Below are positions 1 through 15,799 of a stretch of 64,000 nucleotides of DNA, piece after piece; position 1 is the stretch's first letter, and each line of letters opens with the position of its first letter. The notes beneath the pieces are model-generated. The model was not told the DNA's origin and ran no database searches. It worked only from the letters and a program-made list of their open reading frames with translations. Both the position numbers and the translations under genes were made by a program. The stretch is taken from NCBI RefSeq assembly GCF_009914755.1, contig NC_060931.1. One strand, 5' to 3'. This stretch comes from the human T2T-CHM13v2.0 reference genome, Homo sapiens.

Positions 1-179
1 TTCTTTCAGGTTTTGTAGTATTTGCATTATACCTACTGGCTGAGCATCCCTAATCCAAAAATCTGAAATCTGAAATGCTTCCATGAGCGTTTCCTTTGAG
101 TGTCATGTCGGCACTCAAAAAGCTTTGCATCTTGAAGCATTTCAAATTTTGGATTTTCAGATTAGGGATACTCAACCTG
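1..179. mobile_element. Tigger4a/Zombi-type (TcMar-Tigger) DNA transposon, cut by the window start
   Basis: Internal CTGAGCATCCCTAATCC and terminal GATTAGGGATACTCAACCTG followed by TA; matches the recalled Tigger4a consensus. Confidence 0.8.
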
Positions 180-181
180 TA

Positions 182-2160
182 TTTAATAAGTGGCATTGGG
201 ACAATGTAGGGGGCAAAATGAAATCAGCCTCTACTTTACAATCCACATTAAACAAAACAATTCCAGAGATTAACTATTTGAATGAAAAAGAAAAACAGAC
301 ATCTCAGAAAATCTTAGGATACAAGAATATCCTAATAACCAACGGGTAAGAAGGATTTCTTAAGCAAGCTATATATAGCCCAAAATGTAAAAAAAAAAAA
401 AAAGAGACTGACCAATCCATCTACAATATAATTAAGAATTTCTGCTTATCAAAAGGTTTGATAAGAAAAAATATAACAAAAAAATTTTAATAAAAAAATA
501 GAAACCACATATTGAGAGAAGATATCTTCAATGGTGGGGCTCAGAAAACGCCCTGAAATATGGTGCTTTGACATGCTGAACTAATGAAGCAGCCTCAAGG
601 TCTCCCTCTGACGTCTCCCTACTCCTTCTGATCCTCCTTACTATTCGAAGCACCAGGACTGGCTCTCTCTTTAAGTTCCCTTATCTGATTGAGAAAACTT
701 CTAAAAGAAATGCAATTGCCTCAAAACTCCTTCCCTAGGAATCTCATTAAATAACCAGGAAACATTAACCACCAGAGAAGAGACTAGAAGTCTCTATGCT
801 CAGGACACCACGCCCAGTCAGCCTCCGCCTCTGCTCTCCTGAGGGCAATTCCAAGTGAAGACCTGGAAGACTGTTATCTGCATAATAAGACCTTTGTTCA
901 CAATGCGGCTCTGCCCTTACCTTCCTGTAACTTGTCTGCAGCTACTATTTATCCTTAGGTCCCATTCAGAGTCCAAAGAGAATCATTTACAAACCACTGG
1001 TGTGTTTTTTGGGGCCCATTCATTTACGGCTCTCCACCTCCTTCTCCCCAGTATATTTAAGCATCAACCATCTGGTTCCTTCTTGAGTTTTCATATGTTT
1101 TGTATGGCTCCCGTGTTTAAGTACATTAATGAACTTGTTACGTTTTTCTCTTGTTGATCTATATTTTGTTATAAAGGTGTGGGCTATGACTCTTATGATG
1201 GGGAGAAAAGGGATCACCCCATTTCTGCCTCTACAGTGACATCGATAATGAACAAAGATTTAGTACACAAAATATATAAAGAACTCCAATGAATCAATAT
1301 GAAAAGGACAAGCAACCCAAAAGGCATATCCAGGCATTTCATGAAAAAACAAGAAGGTCAATAAACCTATAAAAAGAAGGTCAACCTCATTAGTAATCAG
1401 AGGAATGCAGAGACCCCCCGCCAAGCTGACACCATTTTACACCCAAAAGGCTAGAAAATGTATATAATCTGACAGCCCCCAAGTTTTGGCAAGTATGTGG
1501 AGCAACAGGAACTTTCATGTACTCCTGGTGAGAATTAAAGTTGGCACAACTACTTTGGAAACAAGTTGGCATTGCCCAGTAAAATTTTAGGTGTGTGTAG
1601 CCTTCAACACAGCATCTCCTCTCCTGGGGTATATATCCTGGAAAAACTCTTGCTCATCTACACTAAGAGAGATGGACAAAAATATTTACAACATCCTCCT
1701 AATAGCAAGAAAATGGAAACAAACAAATGTCTATCTCTCCTGAGAAAAAATTAACTGTCCCATATTCATAAAATGGAATATACTCTGAAGAATAAAAATG
1801 AACTACATCTACATGGGTGAACTACATTCTCATAGTTGAATCTCAGAAACAATGTTAATACTGAACAAGCCACTGAAAAACTTAGAATCATTCCGTTTTT
1901 ATAAAGTTGCAAAAAAAAATCATTTGTATTTGTGTAACCCTAAAATAAAACAAAGAGATTACTAATAAAATATTCAGAGCAATCTTTACTTGAGTTAGGG
2001 AAGAGAATGGGATCCACGCTTGAAAAGTATTGCTAGCATTCTATTTCTTAGGCTGCATGATGGGTACATGGATCTTCATCTTATAATTCTTCACTAAACA
2101 ATGCATAGATGTTCTAAAGCATCATTTGCTTGTATCATATACTTAATAAAGGTTTAACAT
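182..2160 (+). mobile_element. Old L1M (L1ME/MD-like) 3' ORF2/UTR relic, interrupted by an LTR at ~532-1235
   Basis: A-rich degenerate L1 motifs (AAAATATATAAAGAACTCC, CAACCTCATTAGTAATCAGAGGAATGCA, CTGGTGAGAATTAAAGTTGGCACAACTACTTTGGAAA); boundaries approximate. Confidence 0.7.
532..1235 (+). mobile_element. ERV1 solo LTR (MER39/MER34-group-like)
   Basis: Starts TGGTGGGGCTCAGAAAAC...AATATGGTGCTTTGACATGCTGAAC and ends ...CTGCCTCTACA; splits the L1 relic. Confidence 0.7.
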
Positions 2161-2882
2161 TTCATTATAATCTATTTTGAACTATTTAGTTTTAGCTTTC
2201 ATTTACTCGGAAAACTTATGTGAAACACCAAACTTAAGCACAGTAACAAAATGGGGGGGTTCCTTCAGTAATAAATATGAAAGTACATATATATATATTT
2301 CAATTGGCTATGTCTTAGGAATCTCCAAGCAATCTAGAGGAATCTAGGATCTGCTAACGAACGTTTCTTTTCTTTCCTAAAGAAGTCAGGCGCACATTTT
2401 CTACTAAGGTAGAGTTTAGTAACTTCCAGATTGAATAGCACAAGATAACAGCAGTCTCTCCTGGTTCTCCTAATTAGTGGCCTGCTTCTTAATCGTTGCC
2501 TGAATTCCCTCTTCTCACTCATCCCCTGCATTTAGTCATCACTCCCCTGATGAGTTGCGAAGAGCAGCCGATTTCCGTTGCTTGAGGTGTGATTATTTGG
2601 CAGCTCCAGGGAGAGATGGGTTGGGGGAGGTTGGTTCAGAGAGAAATCAGGAAGCAACTGAGATGTAGACCAAGAAATACCTTCTCTCAGTGTCCCTGTT
2701 ACTAAAACTAATAACTAATAACTGTCAAAGGTAAAATCCTGAAATGACTTAAATTGCTACAAATACTGCCGGTAATTACCATTTAGTCATTCTCTTGACC
2801 TTTTGCAGTGAGTATGTGATGAACATTGCCTCTGCTCAGTTTCAGTTAAAAAAAAAAAGATAGCACAGTTCCAAAACTCTAA

Positions 2883-2888
2883 TTTATT
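2883..2888 (-). terminator. Candidate poly(A) signal for a minus-strand transcript
   Basis: Minus strand reads AATAAA, then ~24 nt, then a T-run preceded by TGTGCTATC (U-rich downstream element). Confidence 0.35.
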
Positions 2889-2989
2889 ATAAAGAATCTA
2901 GTCTTGCCCCCACATTTTAAAAATAAGGAAACTAACCCAAAAAAGTTAAGTGACTGAGGCATTTAAAATATGAAGAATGAAGACCATAA

Positions 2990-3200
2990 CCTCTGAGGTC
3001 AGAAGGCCAGGGCTAGAACCCTGGATCTAGCACTAACTAGCCAGGTGATTCTGGGTAAATCGGTTAACCTTGACAGGCCTCAGTTTCCCCATTTGTAAAA
3101 TGGGAATAATACTGCTATAACTCATAGGGTTGCTGTGATGATTAAATGATTACAATGAGTCCCTGGTATATACTACATGCTCAATAAATGATCATTATTA
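2990..3200 (+). mobile_element. MIR SINE
   Basis: MIR core GCCTCAGTTTCCCCATTTGTAAAATGGGAATAATA...CTCATAGGGTTGCTGTGATGATTAAATGA. Confidence 0.8.
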
Positions 3201-4040
3201 TTTTCTAAGTTCACAAAGTCAAGCAGGTCAAAATAAAATTTTCCAGGCATTTATCTTTTTATCCCTCCTAACTTACGTATCTCATTTTTAAAGTTATAGC
3301 AATTTAATAATGAGTGCTTTTTATAACTTTGAATTACACTAATAAAATTTTCTCTCTTCCCCAGGGCTAACAGAAACATATGCAAGTGTATTTCAAACTA
3401 ATAAAAATGCAATAATTTCATAAACAACTGTCACCCTACTTTCTGCCAGTCCCTTCAGTCTAGTTTACATATTTAAAGGAAATTTTCCACTATATTTCTA
3501 GATTAATACCTCACTCATTAGGGGATCTGGCAATTGGTGCTTCTCAACATACTTTTTCACCATTATCTATTTTTCCAACCTGGCAATGAGCAGAAGGGAA
3601 CAATTATCATGAGATAACATCTCTTCCAGTCAGACAGGCTCTTAATGATGGTAAATGAAGCCAGAACCAGCCCTGTATCCTGAGGCTACTAAAGGGAAGA
3701 GCCAGACTTCCACAGCTGGTACGGAAGTGGCACCCGTGCTGTGTCACCTACAGGGAAACATCACACAGGCAGGTAAATGGTTCTGTCTGAAATCCTGTCC
3801 CATTGTCTGCCTTGAGAGTCAGCATTTCATGGTGCAGCAGGAGACGGAATCAGGTGTAACACTGAAGACGGCGCTAGCAGAGGTCGGTTCTGGGAAAGGC
3901 ACACTTAACCTAAAGTGAAAAGCAAATCATTTCACCAATCCAATATGCAAAAGCGGTAGTTTAATCAATTTACACTTCTGTAGTAAATCCCTCTCTGTTG
4001 AGTATTTTGCTTTATTTTTCCATTAAAAGAATTACAAGGT

Positions 4041-4338
4041 GGCCAGGCATGGTGGCTCACACCGGTAATCCCAGCACTTTGGGAGCTTGAGGCGGGCAGA
4101 TCACCTGAGGTCGGGAGTTTGAGACCAGCCTGGCCAATATGTTGAAACCCAGTCTCTATTAAAAATTAAAAAAAATTAGCTGGGTGTGGTGGCACATGCC
4201 TGTAATCCCAGCTACTCAGGAGGCTGAGGCAGGAGAAAAGGTTGAACCCAGGAGGTGGGGGTTGTGGTGAGCCGAGATCATCCCACTGCACTCCAGCCTG
4301 GATGATAGAGCAAGACTCCATCTCAAAAAAAAAAAAAA
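4041..4338 (+). mobile_element. Alu (AluS)
   Basis: Full dimer from GGCCAGGCATGGTGGCTCAC through the A-rich linker to a poly(A) tail. Confidence 0.97.
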
Positions 4339-5183
4339 TCCAAGCCTTATTTGTTTATGGTGCTATTTTAATTTTTTAATTTTAGCAGTGCTTTTATTTT
4401 AAACAACTCAATACATTATCATAAACGCTTAATGGCTGTGCAAACAATTTGCACTCACTTTAAACCAATACAACTACCAATGGAAGCTCAAAATATAAAC
4501 AGAACAAATCCTTAATTCTCAGTTCTCTCCTTTGCCTGCTGCCTCAGGGAGGCCTACTCTGAGCTCAACAAAGGCTCATGTTTAAGGCACCAGCAAAGCA
4601 GGAGCACCCAATCAATGAGAAAATAAAACATAATTTGTTACTTAATATTTCTAAAGATATATTGAAGTCATCATTATGGGGAAAATGTACAGTGTTGGAT
4701 TTCGTTACTTATTTTATTGTTGTTTCTCATTTTAACTAGAGGTAGGGTGTGGGCACCATGCATGAAGTTCCCAGAGAGCTAACGTGGCTGTGGCCCAGCT
4801 TTGGTCTGCTTTTCCCAAGAGCTCTAGTTTATTACACCCTGAGAGCATATTTAAAATATTTAACAACAATACAGGGTGCACAATGATCCATCGGAATGAA
4901 TGCTGGCCCTAACACCAGTATGCCAGTGAGTCCTAGCTGAACATCAGCTCAGGGTCACCCAAGTACCCACAGGGAGAGAAGGAGAGGGGAGGCTGAGGTT
5001 TTGCTGTTGTTATGCAACCATCGTGTCTAACTATATTAGCATCCAGCTCTCATTTCTCCATGTTGTCCGAGAATTAATAATTTTTTTGAAATCTTGCTAA
5101 AACCTATATATGCTATAACCAATGCATCATTACTGGTTGCCAGATAAAAAAGAACATTAGTTAGTCGTTTAAAAAAATCCCTT

Positions 5184-5799
<616 letters not shown>

Positions 5800-6027
5800 T
5801 CTCTTAACTCCACAAAGTAATTTTTTGCTCTTTGTTCCCATCTTCCTGATTCCTCTAGTATTTCCTCTCCCTAGAAGCAACACAGTGTTCAAGAGAAGGC
5901 ATAATCATATTGTAGCAGATTACATTTCCCTTGCTAAACACTTGGTAACTGAAAAAAGAAAAAGAAAATATTTCTGTTTTTGTAATCTAGTAAACAAATA
6001 TTAAATGGTTCCTAACCAAAAACCTGA

Positions 6028-6817
<790 letters not shown>

Positions 6818-6936
6818 AAAAACACTGATTCTTACAGCTCTTGAAGGAAGTGATGAACCAATTCAGTTAGCAAGGTATAGAATTATACCTTTGATCACAG
6901 ACCTGACCTAGTGCCCACTGTTTTTAAACATTTTTC

Positions 6937-7582
6937 TAAATTGTCTTTGCAAAAAACTATGACAGTGAAAGAAATCTGACATACCTGACTCCATCTTGCT
7001 TCGAACAGCCCTTCCTCATTCCTGGGCATAGACAAAGCTAACTATGGGAGGGGCCTGAGTACCTGCATAGGTAAGTGATAACCAGCTATTGTTCCCTAGC
7101 TTGCTTACTGCTCAGAAGTCATGTTGCCAGAAGTTAAAAGATTTATAACTTCGCTAATTGTTTTCATAGATAACATCACGATTGTAAAACCTAAGATTGG
7201 TCTTTGAGATACGTTTCAGATTTTTTGCATTCTGGTGAACCGACTACCACCTCAGGGACCTGACTCATCTCAAGGAACTGACTCAATTAGTACTGTAACC
7301 CCCACCCAGAAACTGACTCAGCGCATGAAGACAGTTTTCGACACTCCTGTGAGTTCATCTACAACCGATCAGCAGCACTCATTCCCTAGCCTCTTGACCA
7401 CCAAATTGTCCTTTAAAAACGCTAGCCTCCAAGCTCTCAGAGAGGCAGATTTGAGAAATATCTCCTGTCCTCCTGCTCGGCTGCCTTGTGATAACTAAAC
7501 TCATTCCCTATTTCAACACCACCGTCTCAGCGTTTTGGCTTTATCTGTGTAGCAGGCAAGAAGAACCCACTGGAGTGTAACA
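6937..7582 (+). mobile_element. ERV1 (MER4-group) solo LTR, LTR8/LTR8A-like
   Basis: TCTTTGCAAAAAACTATGACAGTGAAAGAAATCTGACAT..CTGACTCCATCTTGCTTC at the start; ends GGCAAGAAGAACCCACTGGAGTGTAACA. Confidence 0.8.
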
Positions 7583-7659
7583 TTTTCATTTATCAGAGAT
7601 TAAAAAGTTGCAAGAAATCTGTGAACTGGTAACTCACAGCATCCCTTAATAATCCATTA

Positions 7660-7991
7660 CCAATGCTCCTGGACTTTCAATGGAGTTATATCCTGTTAAG
7701 TTGAAAAGATCATAAGTGAAATATGCATGTAATATACCTAACCTACAGGACATTCATTATAGCTTAGCCTAGTCTACTTTAAAGGAGCTCAGAACACTTA
7801 CATTAGCCTACAGGTGGGCAAAATCATGTGATCTCATGGCTGACTGCAAGTTTTGGAGAGTATTACGCCACATATTGCTAGCTTAGAAAAATATCAAAAT
7901 TCAAAATTTGAAGTACAGTTTCTACCGAATGCTTATTGCTTTTGCACCACTGAACCCCCAAAAATCTTAAGTTGAATTCAGGGACCATCTG
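7660..7991. mobile_element. MER47-type (Tigger5-derived) DNA element
   Basis: ATACCTAACCTAC..ATAGCTTAGCCTAG..CTCAGAACACTTACATTAGCCTACAG; ends GGGACCATCTG followed by TA. Confidence 0.75.
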
Positions 7992-9594
7992 TAGTTAAAA
8001 ATCTCTATAACCATAGGATGTGGTATGTCTCACAAGTTTCAGGAAAGTGAAGGTGCCAGGCCATGTGTCTCGGGGTAGCCAAAGTGAAAAGTCACTTGAG
8101 GCAGATCTTCTGGGTTCAGGGATGAGTCAACACAGTGGCCTCACACAGTTACGTAAATGGAATGCGCCAGTACCACCAACAAGGGTAGAATGGGGAATAC
8201 CACCTTTCTGTGAACAGAGGACGGTCACCCCTCTCAACGCTCTCTGGTAGACAGAGCAGGTCACTGGGGAGAAGGTAGATATACTTGCATGTGGATAGGA
8301 GACACCTCCAGGAGCCCTTTTCTCCTGGCATTCAATTTAGACTCTCTGATGGGCCAGGATTCTTCAGAGAGGAAAGCAAATTTAGGGTCTGAAGGGATTA
8401 ACAGCCCACCAAAGTAGTATTCTGAATTTAAGCAGAACCTCTGAGAAATTCAGCCACCATTGAACCCCCTCCTCCAAGGCTGTTTGCTATGTGGGAGAAG
8501 CCAGCGCCTTGGCACCAGGAAGTACAAAATCAGTTGCCATAAGCATCAAAAAGCACAACAGGGCCTGCTATACTTCCCCACTGAAGCTCTGCACTACTCT
8601 TATTTGTTAAATTGGTATATAAATTTACCTGTCTGTGTAGCACTCATCAAAGAGTACTTCAGCATATGGAAATCGACCTTGTCTTTTCTCCTTTTAGTCT
8701 GTCTATTGACAGTTAATGCACAGCCCCCATCCCTCAGACCATGCAACCCTAAGAAGAAAAGTTTTCTTCCCAAGGCAATTCCCAAAGATGGGAGGAGAAG
8801 TCAGAAGTACAACCCAAGTTCAGAAACAAAATCCGGAGGTCCCTATGGATGGGTTGGTCCAGCTGATGGCATGGCTGCCACTGAAGCTTCTATGGTCCCA
8901 GCCATGCTGGGATGGGGACTCTGCCCTGGGACAGCAGCTGAGCTTGGGAGTGAACTGAAGAGCTGTAGCCTCAGAAGGCCAGTGCTGGGGTACTGTGTGG
9001 CCTGTACAAGAATCTAGACCAGATAAAGCTCCCCGTTCTCTCTCTTCCTGGCATCCTGAAGCAGATCTGAAACCTGCACCAGGAAAACCACAGAAGTTTG
9101 TGGAGAGAGGTAGAACTGAGGAGATGAGTATTAACTCACTGTCCACCTAATGCATGCAAAAGAATGTCCAGAAAACTGATACGAAAATAGAAAGAGGGGT
9201 TACCAAATCTGGACTCTGATAAACACGAATCTACAAATCTCCCTCTAGAAAAAGAGGGAGATAAAAGGAACAAATGTCATTTTAAAAATTCCTACTGCCG
9301 TGGTATAAACGAAAAAAAAAACTAATATTTACAGATGGTCTTCTATGTAAATGAACTTTAATTTGCTATATTCTTGACTCTGTGCCCCAAGATCTACTTC
9401 TCCTTCAACATTTCCCCTTTCAGAAAATGGTACCTCTGTTCAAACAATTTGAAAATCATTCCTGATCTTTTTTTTTTATCTTAAACATTCATATTCAAAA
9501 CTAACAGATCCGACCTTGTGAGTATCTCTTCCAAACCTATCTTCTCCTTTCACCGCTACTGCCACCATCACTTTTGCTTGGACTCCTGCAGTAG

Positions 9595-10056
<462 letters not shown>

Positions 10057-10313
10057 TCATCACATTCTTCTTCTTCATTACTTTTCAGCCACTAAGATCT
10101 TCCTTGAAGGGGTCAGGCTCTAGACTACCTCATTCTCCACCTGGGAAGCTCTTCTCCTGGTAAAATGAAGCTCATCTACTGATCTTGCTTTAAATTTCAT
10201 CTTCTCAAAGAGGCCTCCCATGCCTCACCATTCCACCTTCCCAATTCTATACTTCTTCTTGTCAATAAAAGCTTATTGTTTTTCTTCATAGAACTGGTCA
10301 TAATTTATAACTT

Positions 10314-10971
10314 GTGATCTGAGAGATCAAAACAGATACCCCTTTATCAATTAAGATGGACTCTAAGGTTAAGAAAAGAAAGATTTTTATGTATTGAGGT
10401 GTCAGGACCCAGCTGGCATGGCAAACTTCCAAATTCCTGTGGCTCTAAACTTCTAAACAATAGGAGATATCAGACTTCTCCTAAATCTGATTTACAACCC
10501 AGGCCACCGCAACTCTGATTGGACAGAGGACGGGCCTCACAAACATTCTTTTTGGATAAGGTACTGCAGACCTTAGGCCAGTTTCAGCAGCTTATAGAGG
10601 ATGCACACAAACTGTCTTTGTGTCCTATAGTTCACCTTTGGATGTAAAGAGCCTTTTCCACCTCGTTTTAATTCTAAAACTATGCCCCAAAGTGAATGTG
10701 GGATGTATGTTGCATATATGTTTACCCATTGTGCATGCACTTGGATCCTCTCATGAATATGCACAGGATTTCCCCCAAACCTGCTGAATATGCGTGACTC
10801 TTGTGTAGTATGAATTCTGTGAGGCATAAAATCCAAGCTGTCCTTCCCCTCTTCCAAGATAGAGTACCTTCAGTCCATGTACAGACTTCCTCTTCCTGGC
10901 TTGCAAACCCATATTACTAATAAAGCTCTCCTTTCTACTATTTAGCCATCCTGGTGGCTTTTTGAATGACA
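10314..10971 (+). mobile_element. ERV1 solo LTR (MER67-like)
   Basis: TGTGATCTGAGAGATCAAAACAGATACCCCTTTATCAATTAAGATGG start, internal AATAAA at ~10919, ends ...GAATGACA. Confidence 0.65.
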
Positions 10972-11293
10972 GACAATATGATAATTTGTATGCTTATTCA
11001 TTTTGTGTCTTCCTATTCCAATACACTATACACACCATGCAGAAAGAGCACATGTTGGTTTTGTTTATCACTGACACCCATTTCCCAGTATAGTACCTGG
11101 CTACATAGGGGATGGACAATTATTTGCTGAATGCTACTGAAAGGAGGTATTTTAATATCCATTTTACCTGGGATAGGATGACCATATGACCCAGTTTGCT
11201 TGACATAGCCTTTGTTTACATGTGTTGCCCTGGCATAATGACTGATAATGTCTCAATGTTACTTTCCGAAGCTGATAGTCAGAAAGACTGAAT

Positions 11294-11920
11294 ACAATGC
11301 ATTCTCACTATCAGAAGTAGTTGTGTTCTATAAAGTCACCACAAACACTGAATTTGCCAACACTAAATGATCGCTCCTGAAGGAAAATACAGAGTTAGGT
11401 CCCTCTGAGAGTAATGTCACAACATCGTTGTCAACATATCAATGTGCAACTTTATTTTATGTGTGTTTCTATTTAAAGACACTTTCTTTGATACATTTTA
11501 TTGAGTTATTAACTTTGAACCCATGGACAACAGCACTGTAACTCATGCCTGAACGAAGCTCATCTAACACTCATATTTCCTCCATAAGGCACATACAGCC
11601 TTCTTGTGCTTAGGAACATTAGATAGCACGCCAGTACCACTCTTAGGGCCATTTTAAAAAGCTAAATCACCAACAGAAAGCACAAAAATGTGAAAAACGT
11701 GGCATTAAATAGACCACAAAAAGAGTACTTGTTTACAGTATGAGACATGAAACAAGAAGACAGGGCTAGAAACATGCCCGTCAGGCAACTCAAATTTTTC
11801 ATTGCTCTGCTCATCCACAAATGACCACAAAAGTGCCTTAAGCACTGATTTGGGGGTTACAAATAGATACTAGCAAGTAACTGGATTCTCAAATACAGAA
11901 TCTGCCAATAGCACAGATAG
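11294..11920. mobile_element. MER82 (Tigger-family) DNA element
   Basis: GTAGTTGTGTTCTATAAAGTCACCACAAACACTGAATT..GGAAAATACAGAGTTAGGT matches the recalled MER82 consensus. Confidence 0.7.
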
Positions 11921-12272
11921 CTTGTCTAAGATTACCCAGCTGCTGTAGAGTGAGAACTGATCCCAGATAATGTCCAACTTCACAGTCCGTGTCATTCATA
12001 AGACAACTATTACTAAGAAAAGAACCAACCTTTCTCAGAGTACCATTTCTCTAATCTGGGTGACCATAATTATTTAAACCCCCTAGATTACTGGTTTACT
12101 AAAGTTCCAGTACCAAAGGCAGAGTTTGAGAAGCAGAACTTCATGAAGTGGACTTAATTCTGTACGAAAGTAGTCAGTAATATACAACCCTGCACTAATG
12201 AAGAGTGAAACCACTGGGAACTGGCTACTACCTCTTAAGTGACAATTCACAAGGCAATCCCAGAGTACTTAC

Positions 12273-12556
12273 AATAACAATGGGTGGTTTCATGATGGAA
12301 TGTAGACCATAAGATTAACATAAATGTAAACTTATGGAAAAATAAAAATTTTCAGAGTTAAAGCTTGAACCATCCACAAACCAATGTCGAGGGAAATTTA
12401 TCTCTAGAACATGAGAAATCCAGTGTCCACACCTCTTCCCAGTCCATAGGGATGGAGAGAGTCTTCAACAGGGTTCCAGGATTGACCACTCCCACCATTC
12501 CAAAAATCCTTTCTATGGTGAATTTCTCACTTCTTAGTAAAATTTCATTTCCTCTT
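12273..12556 (-). other. Candidate exon (minus strand)
   Basis: Acceptor TTGAATGTGTTTTAG|A at 12556; donor ATT|GTAAGT at 12273; one frame open for 66 codons to a stop at 12358. Confidence 0.35.
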
Positions 12557-12763
12557 CTAAAACACATTCAATAACAAAGGTTAGGATCCCTCTGCAAGTT
12601 TATGAACAATGGGAATAAAATATTTTAAATTATATACTTTCAAGTTGACTCCTAAGGAGCCAAAAAGAAAAAGAAAAAAAATTATATAGTAGTTTTCTTT
12701 AAGAATTCAGCAATCTATACATTAGAAAAATACTTCCTACTGGTCCATTTCATTCTAACTCAC

Positions 12764-12785
12764 TCTTCTGGTATGTCAAGACTCT
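12764..12785 (-). other. Candidate 22-nt microexon (minus strand)
   Basis: TTATCTTTTATCCAG|AGAGTCTTGACATACCAGAAGA|GTGAGT. Confidence 0.4.
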
Positions 12786-12989
12786 CTGGATAAAAGATAA
12801 TTTTGAAATATTTTAGCTATTTTATATACATTTAAGGCAATCTCAGAAACACTTGCCTTACCTTTAAAAAAGAAAAGTTTCCTTCCTACTACTTAGAAAC
12901 CACTAGGATAGAGGGTGTTCTGCAATTTTGGAGAAAATAAAATGTTTTCTCCTAAGCCCAGTTTAGAGTCAATCATTCAAAATAATTTC

Positions 12990-14210
12990 AGACATACATA
13001 AATATTCCAAGATGAATGTAAAGTATACCCTTCACCCGTATTTCCCAAATAGTAACATTTTATCACAGTAACTTTATCTCGCTTTTTCTTGTATTATTTT
13101 TTTCTGAACTGTGAAGGGGTTCAGAGTATGCCATTCAAAAATACGCCACTTTGGCGTAAGAATTATTTTGAGCTGAAGGTAATTTTTTTAAAAGCAGAAA
13201 CAGGACATGCTCTTGGCCCTCTCACTATCTGCCTGAAAGCAGAAGATAAATTCTTGTAAAGGTGTCCCCACCATCCCATACCAGGAAGGGGATAACAACC
13301 TTATCACCTGAGATGAGACTGCATCAGGATGGACCTGCACAAACAAACCTTACTAAATTAACCCTTATCTGCCATTAGTATTCCCCACGTATTTACTTTC
13401 CCACAGTCTGCCACCCTGGGAAGCCTAAAACCCTTTTCCTTTGTCTTATCACTTCTCTGCAAATTTATTTTTCTTTGTTAAGATACTAGATAAGCCCAAG
13501 TTCTAACCACTCCACAGAGATACTCATCACTGAGTTTCTCCCAGGTGTATGCATGCTGCATGTACTAATAAACTTCTGTTTGCTATCTCTTGTTAATCTG
13601 TCTTTTGTCAATCTAATTTGCAGGGCCCCAGGCCCAGAACCTAGGAGGGTAGAGACAACAGAATAGTTCTCCTTCCCCTTCAACTGTATTATGAGTAAGT
13701 TGCAGATGTGATGCCACTTTTCCCCTCCATACTTCAATGTATATTTCTAAAGAACAAGAACATTCTTTTAGATAATCACAGCACAATAATCAAAATCAGG
13801 AAATTAACATTGATACACACTATTATATAATCTACAGGCCCTCTTTAAATTTCACTAATTATCCCAATAATGTCCTTTATTATAAAAGAAAAATGAATTT
13901 GCTTCCCTGGACTAAAAGCCAATCCAAGATTGCTTAGGGCATTGAGTTTTTCTGTGTCTTTAATCTCCTTTAGTTTGGGATAGTTCTTCATTCTTTCTTT
14001 GCCTTTCATGACGCTGACATTTTTTAAGAGTACAGAAAAAATCACAAAAGTTTATCTAACATCTCGCCTCACAGTGAGAGTCAGGTTATGCATTTTTGGC
14101 AGACCTATCACGGGAGTGATGCTATATCAGAGGGCATATATAGTTGGTTTGTCCCATTAACAGAGACGTTAACTTTGACCACTTGGTTAAAATTGTTATC
14201 TTCCTGGTGA
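12990..14210 (-). mobile_element. L1MC4/5-like 3' end, interrupted by an LTR
   Basis: GAGTAAGTTGCAGATGTGATG..CTAAAGAACAAGAACATTCT..ATCAAAATCAGGAAATTAACATTGATACA; boundaries approximate. Confidence 0.7.
13112..13682 (+). mobile_element. ERV1 solo LTR (MER34-family)
   Basis: TGAAGGGGTTCAGAGTATGCCA..CCACTTTGGCGTAAGAATTATTTTGAGCTGAAGG; ends CCCCTTCA; 4-bp TSD ACTG on both sides. Confidence 0.8.
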
Positions 14211-14499
14211 GTTAATGAAATTTTACTTGTCATTTATGTTACACGGCATTTGAGACAAAAATTTCAAAACATTTCATAAATGAGCACACTTATATAAGTG
14301 TCTACTGCTTACATATTTTGTTACATGTTTGGAAATTTTATTTGGGGATTCATCTTTAAGTTCTGCCCATTTAATTATTCCTTCTATTATTGGGTATAAT
14401 ATTTCTAGCACATTTCCTTTTAATGTCGTAACTATGTTACGGGAAAAGAGTCTAATCATAGATTATTTTAGGCAACATTTAAAAGGATACACGTTTTAG

Positions 14500-14830
<331 letters not shown>

Positions 14831-15154
14831 GAAACATACAGGTTTTGATGGCTTCTATATTTTACTTATGGTATAGAATATGTTGCTTAGAGAGTCTATT
14901 GAATTCTATTTTAGTCATACCTATTTTGATAATACAGATTATTACCTCTTTTAGTAACACAGACTGAAAACAAATGACACGATTAAGATGATACTATGCA
15001 CATGTAATTACCTGGACTCAAACAAGATTAATGAGGTGTTATAGATGCAATAAAAAGTGCAAACCATTAGAAAAGGCACAACATTTATAAACAGGAATGA
15101 GCAAAATAATTAGATTGAAGAAAAATTAGAAGTTTCCAGTTTGTTTATTTGTCA

Positions 15155-15527
<373 letters not shown>

Positions 15528-15799
15528 TCAACAAATTACTTCTTTCACTCTAATCTGCAATAAAACTAGCAACGGTTGTACACACAAAAAAAGACATGAG
15601 TAAAAATGCACACGAATTCGTTTGAGCTTGTGACCATGTTCAGGTAACACTGTAAATATCACATTTGAAAAGATGCAGAATTATTTGACAATATGCAAAA
15701 AGTATATATTCCATACTTTGCTTTGAAGTTCTAAGAATCGTAAACACTGTCTAGGAATTACTTTAAAGCCTCGCTGTAATATTTTACCTGCCACATATG

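Larger units (their letters stand above)
2860..3909 (-). other. Candidate terminal exon of a minus-strand spliced transcript
   Basis: Strong acceptor TTTGCTTTTCACTTTAG|G at 3909, alternative acceptor TTTCCCTGTAG|G at 3747, poly(A) signal at 2883-2888; no long ORF. Confidence 0.3.

Noticed and set aside
2542-2702. Minus-strand open frame TGTLREGISWSTSQLLPDF...ATHQGSDD* as a coding last exon
   Set aside because: Weak acceptor, no recognisable protein, and it lies beyond the candidate poly(A) signal
8460-9017. 185-aa ORF (longest in the track)
   Set aside because: TTG start, no recognisable domain or coding-like composition; overlapped by similar spurious ORFs on both strands
12855-12880. Recursive (AG|GT) splice site CTTTTCTTTTTTAAAG|GTAAGG on the minus strand
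   Set aside because: AAG acceptor with a short tract; not distinguishable from chance without junction data
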